Below, in pieces: positions 1 through 64,000 of a stretch of 64,000 bases of DNA (position 1 is the first letter of the stretch; each line of letters begins with the position of its first letter). The position numbers and the translations under genes were made by a program. A model generated the notes under the pieces. The model made no database searches, was not told the DNA's origin, and worked only from the letters and a program-made list of their open reading frames with translations. The stretch comes from Chrysomallon squamiferum (Eukaryota; Animalia; Mollusca), in assembly GCA_012295275.1 (NCBI GenBank), contig CM022677.1, positions 20,522,001-20,586,000 on the forward strand, in the 5' to 3' direction.

Positions 1-8
1 TTCTGTAG

Positions 9-62
9 GATCAGTTGACGTCGAAGCGATACCTGAACCAACTCCTCTCTGCTGGGTGTATC
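9..62 (+). CDS. Possible 54-nt phase-1 linker exon of gene A (GSVDVEAIPEPTPLCWVY)
   Basis: ctgtag|GATCAG...GTATC|gtgagc, open frame, length divisible by 3; upstream context is cut off by the window edge. Confidence 0.35.
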
Positions 63-465
63 GTGAGCTAATTTTTAGAATTAGAAATCAAAAAAAAAAT
101 ATTTAAGACAAAACAGGATATTCCACGATAGGATAGGCGCAGTTTGAATGATAGTACCAGCGCAATTGATAAAGTACGTCAACATAGTTTACAAACTGCT
201 GAATCTCGACATATTACTTTCTGGTTTCATTATATAAAGAAATAAAAAATAGTTATTCTTATTAGATATTATAGCCGGATATTATGTAGCGTGTATGGAA
301 GGCTGTACTATGAACGATACACGTTTTGTTTTCAGTAATGATCTTTTCCGTGTTAATCGTAAATAAGGATTTAATCCAGCAAACATTTTGCTATGTCCAT
401 AGAGCTATTGTCTCTAGCAAGACAATAGACAGATATAAATAAATATCCTTGTTATTGTTGTCTAG

Positions 466-20138
<19,673 letters not shown>

Positions 20139-20889
20139 GTACGTTTGTATTTTTTTATTTATTTATTTATTTTTTTTTTTTTTTTATATTATTTTCATTT
20201 TTTATATATATTAAGTTGCATTAGAATTGTTTGCTGACTTGTTTTTTTGTCTATTTACTCACCTGTATTTGATATTACTCGTTATATTTCAACAGTTTTT
20301 CGATAGCAACTGATTGTGAAGTTGCGACTGGCAGTACACGTGAGATACAGTTATTTTTGTTTTATTTTTTATTTATACAGGTTTAACTGCAGAAAATACC
20401 AGCAAAACAAACCCAAGAAAACAATTATTTAAAGAAATAATATTGTTTGAAAATTATATTAACTTATGTTTAATCAATACTCACTGGTTGCATTGATTAA
20501 ATAGTAGGGTTATTCTTGATGAATATTCTAATATGCAACTTTGATTATCAGTCTAATTGAATGTTTATGTTTGAATATTGTCTATTTCGTGTCTGTTAAT
20601 ATAACCCAGATTTCAGTTTGGCAAATTTGTTTTTATTTCTTAATTTTAATAATAACTTTTACATTCATTTATTTTTATGATGATGTTGATGATGATGATA
20701 ATGATGATTAGAATTCTTAAATCTAACAGTGTAAATATATATATGTGTGTGTGTGTGTTGAAAGTAAACAAAAATGAATTCATTTCATTGGTTACCGATA
20801 TACTGAAATATAAACACGAACAATTTAATTAATCCGTTTTGGGTAAAATAAATTAGAAGCGGTAACTTTATTCTTTCATCTTATTACAG

Positions 20890-21031
20890 ATACAGATTAA
20901 AGTCAAGAGGAAACAAACACGGATGGAGTATGAACAGACAAAACATGCATGGCGACAAGAATGCAGCCTTCATTCTCAGAAAAACCCCACCACAATTAGT
21001 AATAAAATACTTATTTTGTTTCCATATCTAA
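20890..21031 (+). other. Candidate terminal exon of gene A, homologous in phase 2 to the cytoplasmic-tail exon of gene C
   Basis: ttattacag| acceptor; phase-2 frame YRLKSRGNKHGWSMNRQNMHGDKNAAFIL... resembles RLRAR...KYGVMNPAFD; phase-1 frame stops after three codons; AATAAA at 21001. Confidence 0.45.
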
Positions 21032-21528
21032 GTATGACCATCTTAACCTGAAAGCTCACGAGAGAAATTAAGCTAAGAGGCGTGGCTATTCTCGTAACCA
21101 TTTTTCTTTTTTTTGTTTCATAATGTGTGAATACACAAAAACAGAAAACTGAAACAGGATGAATTTCACCAGAAGATTACTTTTTCTTCAACAGTTTAAA
21201 GTTTCATGTTCTTATGTCATTTTACTTATTTATGTTCTTGTTACTAACTTTGCTTCTTTCTTCATATTTATTTGTTTGTCTTTAATGAACATCTTTGATC
21301 TTGATGCTAACTGAATAAATACATTTAACGTGATTAAAATAAATAGCAACCAGTTAATTATCTTGCTGTAAAATGTAATAGAATAAAGCTATAAATTATA
21401 TTTTTACTTTTTGTTCTGTATTTGGGTACCTTTGTATCTATCTATCTCTCTATCTATCTACCTGTCTCAATTCATGTGGAACCAAAGCAGGATTATAAAG
21501 ACATTCATGCAAAATAAAGATAAATTTC

Positions 21529-21636
<108 letters not shown>

Positions 21637-21645
21637 GTCTATCTG

Positions 21646-21698
<53 letters not shown>

Positions 21699-24106
21699 CA
21701 ATTCATGTGGAACCAAAGCAGGACTATATATTAATTCTTACAAAATAATGAAGAATTCCCTTTATATATGTATATATCGGTATCTCTGTCTATCTCGCTA
21801 TCTATCTGTCTATTTATTTTTCTATCTATATATCTATATTTATATCTATATATTTGCATACATACAAACAAGCAGATATACCTATCGATATCGATCTGTC
21901 TCTATATAGAGACTTAGATCGATATCGATAGGTATATGTGCTTGTTTGTATTATAAGATGAGATATTGAATTATAAGATGAGATAATGAAATATCTGTGT
22001 ACATCTATATATCTATATATGTATGTAACACACGCACACACACACAGACACACAAACTACTCAATGAAAAGATGAATACAAAGTGAACTTATAATTTTCG
22101 TCCCATACTGCTGATGTTGCTGCTACTACTACTACTACGACTACTACTACTGATAATAATTTAATAACGTAGAGGTACTGTATAACCATTCAGGACAAAA
22201 AACAGGTGTAAACACCACCTTGTAGATTAAAGGATATAAGAATTATCCAATGTCCTTGTTGATAATAATAAATACGAAAGTAAGTAAATAAATAAACAAA
22301 GAAGCAAATAATTTTGGAGTATTATGTAAATTAAGGCAATTAATTAATAAGAAAATTAACTGCCACTTAACGTACAGTGATATTATTACTAAACAGTAGT
22401 AGTAGTTAAGTTATTTAAATAATTAATTATATAAGCGGTAATATTTTACAGTTTTGTCATATTGATATTTGAAATATGTTGTCTTACCAGTAGTTTCGAA
22501 ATCTTAATGATATATGACATCATTCAGTGCGATCCTAAAAATTAGAATTATAAGATGAGGTAATATACTTTGTTATTTTATTTATTTTTATTAATTGATT
22601 TTGAAATAAATATTATGGTTAGTTATTTTATCATAACTGTTCTCTGTTTCCTTTCATGTTGGATTATAACTTCGAAATCTCCAAATATTTTAATTTTAAT
22701 ATTTTCAGTAATGTCAGAAACTGCCATTTTACGTCATATCCTGAAAAATAAAAACAATAAAAAAAATAAAAATAAAAAAATGAAACAAATAAACAAAAAA
22801 AATAGGTTTCGAAATTGAAACATTCTTAATTTTTGTTGATACATTCAATGGACATTATTATTATTTTTATTCCAGCTATTCGTTTTATCTAAGATGAGAT
22901 AAGCCTTTATTATTATTATTTTTTTTTTTAAAAGACGGCACGTTTCCAATAAAACAGTTCATTGCTACTGGGGGGGGTGGGGGGGAAATCAGAACATAGC
23001 AAAAAATGAGAGCTTCAATTTCAAAATAAAAGACACCTTTTTATGATGATTATTGTTGATAGCAGAATTCGTCACAGCAGCAACAACCCAAATGAAACCT
23101 GTTTCTGTTTAAGTGGATCGATCCACCCGTACATGTGCTAAGTTATGTTGGGCTTCGATAATGCGATTCCATTGCAGAGCAGAATGTATCGAACATAATT
23201 AGATAAAAATTAAGTGAATTATTAATGGATTTATAAGAAACCTTAATTGAAATTTGACGAATAGAGATACTCACTTTTTATATAACACATAACCCGGTTA
23301 TCTATGAAACTGTTTAATTAGATATATTTCGTTTGCGAACTAAAACTATTTTATTAACGTATTGGTTTTTATATGAATACAGTTTTGAGATACCCTATTC
23401 TGTATATATGAAACACAGAAGCGATAAAAAGAAAGAAAAGTATTAAAGAAATATGTATTAATAATTATAATCAGTAAATAATCTGCCTTTAACTGCCGAT
23501 ATTAATACGCACATAATTAAAGTTCTGTTTGACCATCCGTAACACCCTTTCACAGGAAAATACGCGATGACGAACTTTTAAAGGCAGTTTTTTAAATTTT
23601 AAACTTACGTTCATTATCGGCTAAGACATGGCGAACTTAAATGTGACAAACTGACACAACTAACACAGCGTGGCATGGCTGTTTTCTTTCATTCCGGGAT
23701 TTTCACCCATATACGAAGGAACGTAATATATACGGGCCTCTGAGTTTGAAAACGGAGGATACGGGAGAGAACTTGAAACTTTTGTCCTGCTTTAATAAGA
23801 GTTTGGCTGCGGGATTTGTTAAAATATTTTTCTCTCTTGTTGGTTTCTGATATCGTCATTAAACAGTGTGGTCTACGTCATTAGCCGCCACCTGTTTAAT
23901 ATATAAAAGTAATAATTGGATTCACACGTGACCAATTCCTACTCTAATTAGGATTCAATTGATTCCGTATCTTAACTCTGGTTATATATATATATATAAA
24001 TGTATTGACGTCCTAAATTCAGAGCACCGTATTGAACCAAGAAGTGACTGCCAGATTAGATCAATCCGGTCAATCCAGAACTTAACATAGATAGTAGATA
24101 TTAAAA

Positions 24107-24145
<39 letters not shown>

Positions 24146-24275
24146 AACGAAACAAAAATAATATATGAAAAAAAGGCGAAAAACAGGAAATAAATAATAA
24201 TGTAAAATCATATTCTATAATAAAACTTCTTTAATCTGAAAAAACTGAAAAAAATGTAACTGTTTAATGCTGTAA

Positions 24276-24307
<32 letters not shown>

Positions 24308-24730
24308 TTAATAATAATAAGAATAGGTTAGTCATCAAAACTCTCGATTATGTATGTTTTTTCTGTTTGTTTATGAACGTCTTTAATGTAAAGTAATAAT
24401 TTATTATAAAAACAAACTACAATACTTCTTCATCTTGACCTTAATAGTGATGATGATGGTAATTATGATCATGATAATAATACATAAAAATAAATAACAA
24501 AAAATAACAGGGTAATAATTACATTAAATCAGTATAGTTTTTCCTAACATATTTCCCATTAACGTCTTGTGGTTTCGTATATAAATATAAAACAGTAATA
24601 CATAGGATATCTAAGTATCTTCTCAAAAATGTGTTCATTACGTTCTTTTATTTTTCGGATTTCTTTTTTTTTTCTTTTTTTCTAGATGCTAAAAACCTGA
24701 AGTAATTCAGTTCAATTCTAAAACTGTATC

Positions 24731-25912
24731 ATGAATGTTATCATCTTAATACGAATATGGATTCTGTTAACTAACTCTGCAGTATTTGCACAATGTCCTT
24801 CAAAATGTCATTGTCACAGCGGTCTTTTTAATCATGAAGTCATTTGCTCGGAATTACCAAATTCATTTCCCAATCTGCCCGGTTTGGCACAAGTAACAAA
24901 GCCTATTCGACTTGACATACAACTCCATCCTTCCAGGACTTTATCGAAATCAGATTTCCCATTGAATTCGACAATTAATATTCTACAAATTAAGTCCGAA
25001 GGTAACCCGTCCATTGAACGCGAGGCTTTGATACGATTAGCACCTTCATTATCAAACTTGAGTGTTCAAAGTGCAGGATTATCATTTAAAGACAGAATGA
25101 CGTTTCTAAAAGGACTGACGAAGCTGAAAAAGCTTGTACTGAGCAAGAACCAGCAAATGGAAGGGGTTCTTCATCAATCCTGTTTTTCTAATCTGAATCT
25201 CATCTCTCTGGAGGACATACAGCTAGACAACTGTAACCTGACATATATTAGACAATTCGTTTTCAAAGATTTAGAATCACTTCGATCTATAAATCTGAAT
25301 TCTAATAGCCTAGAAAGTGTCGGATCAGCTTTGGGTTATATCAGAGATCTTACTCGTGTGAATTTGGGAAACAACAGCATCAAGATGATTCGTAATGAAG
25401 ACTTCAGAGAACTTGGTGAATTAGAAACTTTGATACTAAGTGACAATCAACATTTAACTTTTGAATCAAACTGTTTCGGGGAATTAAAGTTTGTTTTAGA
25501 AGAGCTTATGTTGCGAAACTGCAAACTTGATAATGTACCTAAATGCATTCGTAATTTCACCAAATTAAAAAAACTCGATCTTCCTGACAATCCGCTTACA
25601 TCTTTTACTAGAGAGTCTCTCGCAGGAGAAATGTGTCTCGAGGAACTTGATGTTAGTGGGACAAACTTTCCATTGTCAGCAACAGTTTTCAGTGCGCAAA
25701 GAAACTGTTTGAGAAAACTATCACTAAACAGGCGAAATTTAATTGCAGTTAGCACAGAAACTTTAGAAAATTTACCAAATCTTGTAACAATTAATTTGAG
25801 AAACAACAAAATTAAAACTGTACCAGCAAACGCTTTCCGTGGCTATCCTATAACTAATGTGGACTTGTCTGAAAATCCTGTTACCACAGTCGATGCGAAC
25901 TTGTTCCAATAA
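24731..25912 (+). pseudogene. Gene B: signal peptide + LRRNT + LRRs, truncated before LRRCT; close paralogue of gene D (pseudogene or short secreted form)
   Basis: 393-aa open frame colinear with 51014..; homology ends at 25907 (VDANLF), then CAA TAA; upstream acceptor tctag| at 24685; no downstream exons remain. Confidence 0.8.
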
Positions 25913-26120
25913 AAATGAGAACATTAAAAGAACAAAAGAAAGATAAAAAAAAAAAGAAATGTTTTTTTAAAATTAGAAAATAAAAAAGGGAAATAACTAA
26001 TTAATAAATACTACTAATAAAAGACCAATCAAAACAAAAACAGACATTAAAAAGTAGATAAAATATAACTAAAACTAAAACTAAAATAAAATAAAAATAT
26101 ATAAAATAAAATAAAAAGAT

Positions 26121-27660
26121 CAAAAGAGAAACTGACAAAACAGAGATCCAACCGTTCAAAAAACGCAGCAGCAAACGACCACAACAAACAACACACGCAC
26201 ATCTACACTGACGGATCCAAAAACCCAGACAACGGGAGAGTAGGATTCGCCTTCATAGCCCAAGATCACACAAACAAACCCACATGCATACAATTCGGCC
26301 GTATCAGAAATCACCTTTCCGTATATACGGCCGAGTTGGTAGCCATGATCAGAGCCATGCTGTGGGTAAAACACAACAACAACAAACACACAGTCATTTT
26401 CTCGGACAGTTTAAGTTCTGTGATCTCAGTACAATCCGGAAGTTCCGGCAGACCAGACCTGCTCAGCAAAATACAACAACTACACGAGGAAATACAACAC
26501 AACAAGAAATAACTAATCATCGAGTGGCTCCCAGCACACGTCGGCATCATCGGCAACGAACTTGCCGACCATTACGCCAAAGAGTCACTCAGCATTAAAG
26601 ACGAAGACATCTGCACAGACATACATTACGGAATAAACGAAATTGTCTCCATCGCTGCCAAACATTACGACAAACAATGGCAAAACGAATGAAACAACAC
26701 CAAAAACAAATGGCACTTAAACATCAAACCACTCGTCAAAGCACCCAAAATCACACTCGCCAACAGACGTCACAACAACAATCTCACCAAAGCCAGAATT
26801 GGTTACTCAACCAACCTAAACGCAATTCTACACCAACATAACATCACCACATCACCCAACTGCAGTTGTGGACTCTCAGAAACCATGAAACACTACTTGT
26901 ATCACTGTCCAAATTTTGCCAAGGAAAGACAAGCACTACGCAATATATTGGAGGAACTAAAAATCGAGTTCACGCTCCAACACATCCTGGCACCAAACGT
27001 AAAAGACAGAGAGTTAGTCCTCGCTGCAGTAACAACATACATTCTCAAAACAAAACACAAATTATAAACCTTTTTATTTTTTTTTTTTTTTTTTTTTAAC
27101 ACGAAAACAAACAACAAATATATAAATCTATTGACTTGCGGATTGATTGGTTGAACAGCTGATGGATCTACGGATGGATCGGCTGATTGACGAATCAATT
27201 TGAATGGCCAATTAAATTAATAATTAAAAAATTATAAACGTACTATACGAACCCACTTTCAGACACTACTAACTCGGTTATGGTGTCTTATTTCAATTTA
27301 CTTTTTTTATAATTTAATTAATTGAATATTTTTTTTTTTTTAATATTCTTAATCCTAGCTTCAGGATTTATAACATCTTTTAAATTAAAATAAAATGTAA
27401 ATAAGTTAACTACATTTATGTTCTTATTTGTTTTAGTTCCAGGTTTTTATAATATCTTTTAAAACAATAAAAAGACCATTGGCAAAAAAAAAAAAAAAAA
27501 AAAACAAAAAAAACAGGTTTGGACTACCTGGACCAGAAGGAAGCAGCCAAAAACGTTAATTTTTTTCCTATTTCTATTCCTAATAAAAATAAAAATATAC
27601 AAGAATTATTTCATTTATTTATGAAAACCAACCATATTTAAGCCATGGTGATGATGACGA
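26121..27660 (+). mobile_element. 5'-truncated I-group LINE remnant: RNase H + C-terminal CCHC + probable 3' UTR
   Basis: Frame from 26201: IYTDGSK..VYTAELVAM..VIFSDSLS..WLPAHVGIIGNELADHYAK..CSCGLSETMKHYLYHC, in-frame stops at 26510 and 26690, ends 27067; 3' end at GATGATGACGA near 27660 is tentative. Confidence 0.88.
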
Positions 27661-27900
27661 AATCGTGAATGACGTCAAAATGTACGAAACATGGTCAGCG
27701 TTATTTCACGTAAGCAGACATTTTTGTTATAAAATTTGATATTTCTGCATTTAATGTTGATTTGTATCATTTGATCAATTCTACCTTCTAAACGTATATT
27801 ATGTATCAAGATAATTAATTTAATTTTTATTCTAATTTTTTTTTTTATGGATCATCATTGGTACTATTTAGTCCACCATTTAAATGATTCGATAGCAACA

Positions 27901-28222
27901 CTCGGACAGATCGAGAGGGGTCCACGAATTCCGGACCCCAACAAATTTGAGAAGTGCCCTTTTTATTTAGGATTTAAAAAAAAAAAAAAATGTATATGTT
28001 TTTAATTTTTTTATTTTTTTTTTTTTTTTTTTCACAAAGTATTGGCATTTTCTTTCACTGTATAGAAAACTGTAGAATACGTCTGCCAGCGTCCCTATTG
28101 TAGCACTGTTATATTATGTTCCATGTGAACCGTGTGTAATGTTTCAGTAATGTATTTTCATAATGTCATGGTGTCCTTTTTGTCATGGATCCCTACGTCA
28201 TCAGAAAAGCTGGATAATCCCC
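27901..28222. mobile_element. Degenerate MITE-like element
   Basis: GC-richer ends resembling GGCGGATCCAG/CTGGATCCGCC-type TIRs, flanked by direct AGCAACA at 27894 and 28223. Confidence 0.4.
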
Positions 28223-28536
28223 AGCAACATATTTTACAAAAAATATACTCAAGGGACGTAACTAATGTCTGAAATAGTTCTTTAGACACACATTTCCATA
28301 AACTGTCTGGAATGTCTCAGGGCTTCAACTACTGCAGTTTCGTTACTTTGTGCAGCTATACTTTTTATTTTATGTGTTATTGTTATTATTATTGTCTTTT
28401 TTTCATCATCATCATCATTCCAAGATTCTCGTCGAAACAGATTTACAAACAAACAAGCTTCTCAGTAAATTTTAGCCTACATAATATTAATCTTTCACTA
28501 TTAATTAATCAACTTATTCCCTGTTATTATTATGAT

Positions 28537-28574
<38 letters not shown>

Positions 28575-28704
28575 TTATTCCTGCTCCTCCTACTACTGCT
28601 ACTTTTATTACTACAACAACAACAATTACTACTACTGCTACTTCTATTATAGTTTACTTACCTTTTTTTTTCTTTTACAGAGTATGCGAAACATTTAGAC
28701 TGAA

Positions 28705-48983
<20,279 letters not shown>

Positions 48984-49827
48984 ATATTTAGCTTTCTCTA
49001 CATGTGACCGTGTTTCATTAGAGAGACATTTCGCTAGATGATTTATAAAGCTTTTGTCAAGTTACATTGTTTAAAATCAATTTATTTGCATTTTCTCTCC
49101 ACTTTGTTAGTTTTATTATAATTATTATTTGTTTTTAATGAACTAAAATTCATTATTCGTTAATCTTGCTGAAGTAAGAATTCTTGCTATTTTGCTGTTA
49201 TTATTACTAGCAAAACAATCGTTTTTGTTTTCTTTTGAGTCGTTTGATAGTTTTTGGAACTTACAGATGAGGATCTACACGTAAATTCCTATACTTGAAT
49301 AATTTCCGTTGTTTGAGTGCTCTTGGTTTTCTTCTCATATTTCGGTAATTGTACAAAGGGACCGAGCTGTACTGGCTTTACTGGTGTCTATTTCCTAAAC
49401 GTCGTGCAGTGATGGGAAGCACTACATAATTCTATGCACAACACAGCTGTCATTGACTCACTTTTCATTTCCCTTTAAATTTGTTTAAATTTATCCCAGT
49501 ATCAGCTCATTCTAACGTGAAGAGATGTCCTTCAGGTAAACCAAAGTGAAAGGTGAGCAACTCTTCATGCATATAAATAATCAATAACGAATTTATCTAC
49601 AACCGAAAGGAAATTTCTAAGTTTTGTGAATGATTATCATTCCTTAAGTGGACTTCTGTACACATACTGATTTTAGTGTTTGGCATTCTCTATTATTGCG
49701 ATTTTTCTTCGATGCCTTCTCTCAGTTATTTTCGTTTACACTGGCTGGGTATTCCAGTTCCATAGTTTCGAAACCTAGTTAGAGTTTCTGTTATGAAAAA
49801 CATTGTTATCATTGTGCACTATTGGAA

Positions 49828-49875
49828 AATAAAACTATTATATACATTTCTTGAGTGTCTGTTCTGTTCTTGAAA
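49828..49875 (+). terminator. Candidate polyadenylation signal of gene C
   Basis: AATAAA at 49828-49833, CA about 12 nt downstream, then a GT/T-rich tract. Confidence 0.45.
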
Positions 49876-51013
49876 GATGTTAGATTGTAAGCACCAACAC
49901 AGATGTACGCACAAACACACACTTATTCATATACATAACATATGTACACAAAAAGCTATGTGCAGAGGAGATTATGTGAGAAACATATGAACACAAGACA
50001 GTTATGATTGATGATAAATAAATAAAGAAGAAAAGGTCTAAAAATACAAAATATAAAAATAAATAAATAAACGATCAAAAAAATGGACAGATATGTTTTG
50101 AGTATTAGGCAAATAAATGGCATTAATTAATAAGAAAGCTGACTACTATTTAATATATACTAATATTACCGTTAACTGTATATATAATTAGCTATTTAAG
50201 TAATTATATAAAAAATAATATTTTACAATTTTGTCTGAATGTTATTTGAAATATGTTGTGTAACCGATAGTTTCGAAATCTTAACATTATATGACGTCAT
50301 TCATGGCGATGAGAAAAATTAGAATGATAAAATGAGGTACTGTAGTTTGTTATTTTATTTTTTTGGTATTAATTAATATTTTTGTAACTGTAAATATGTA
50401 ACTATTAGATATTTTATAAAAAAACCACTTTTCTCTGTTTCCTTCTTTTTTGTTTTATAGCTTTCAAATCTTAAAGGTTTTAAATGTTCGGCTTTAACTT
50501 ACGTCATGATATATTCAATCGGCGTTATAATTAGTTTTGTTCCAGCTATTTGATTTTTCTATTCAAGATGAGACTAGCATCTTTCTTCTAAAAAAAACCA
50601 CAACAAAACAAAGCAAAACAAAACAAACAAACAAACAAAAAAAAAAAACACCGTCAGAAATATTCAGACGTTAGGGAATAGGAGAATAGCAAAAAAAATA
50701 CTTTTTTTTTTTCAGTTTCTCAATGAAGTTCTTTAAGGTAAAATAATAATTTGTTCATGAGGATATGATGATGATGATAATACATAATCTAAAAGATTAC
50801 AAAGTAAAAATTAATTAGATCATCAAAGTGTTTCTTAAAATTTTTCCCATGAATCATGATGTGGTTTCGTACATAAGCAAGGAGATCTAAGTATCTTCTC
50901 CAAATGTGTTAATTACTTCTTTTTTATTCTTTTTTTGTAGTATTCATTTATTTATCTTTTATTTCTAGATACTGTAAAACAGAAGTGATTCGAATCAATT
51001 TTAAAACAACATC

Positions 51014-63959
<12,946 letters not shown>

Positions 63960-64000
63960 GTAAGTTTGTAGGTTAGAGAAAATAAACAAAGACTTTTTAA

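Noticed and set aside
22173-22205. Isolated 33-nt AG..GT segment EVLYNHSGQKT
   Set aside because: Lies beyond the likely end of gene A, has a weak donor and no paralogous copy; may be chance.
23696-23705. kappaB-like site GGGATTTTCA upstream of gene B
   Set aside because: Single imperfect match in a segment absent upstream of gene D; insufficient support for immune regulation.
25447-25809. Minus-strand 120-aa ORF conserved at 51724-52086
   Set aside because: Antisense shadow of the duplicated LRR exons.
28684-28698. Four-codon uORF (MRNI*) before the gene C start
   Set aside because: Not present in genes B or D; no evidence of function.

Overview
AT-rich, microsatellite-dense animal genomic DNA (invertebrate-like; the taxon cannot be fixed from sequence alone). 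The window is a tandem cluster of four + strand paralogues sharing one modular cell-surface protein design: signal peptide + LRRNT/LRR/LRRCT (one large exon), then thrombospondin type-1 (TSP1) exons interleaved with 15-45 nt microexons, an acidic microexon-built stalk, one TM exon and a short tail (YGVMNPAF ... SEL-stop). Gene A (to about 21 kb, 5' part outside the window) has 10 TSP1 exons, 19 microexons and no recognisable TM exon. Gene B (24731-25912) is an LRR exon cut short next to an I-group LINE remnant. Gene C (28705-48983) is complete with 9 TSP1 exons. Gene D (51014 to beyond 64000) has 6 TSP1 exons. By manual splice reading, all 25 TSP1 exons and about 50 microexons are symmetric phase 1-1 cassettes with lengths divisible by 3 (exceptions noted), so they can be skipped, duplicated or swapped in frame. 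Notable details: a furin-site microexon flanked by an inverted repeat, a stop-codon microexon just before the TM exon, an unusual 3' splice-site layout, an antisense microexon cassette, a chimeric gene C, and an excess of amino-acid changes between young TSP1 copies. Most microexons are absent from the ORF track, and most ORF-track entries are microsatellite artefacts. All gene models are hand-derived and lack transcript support.
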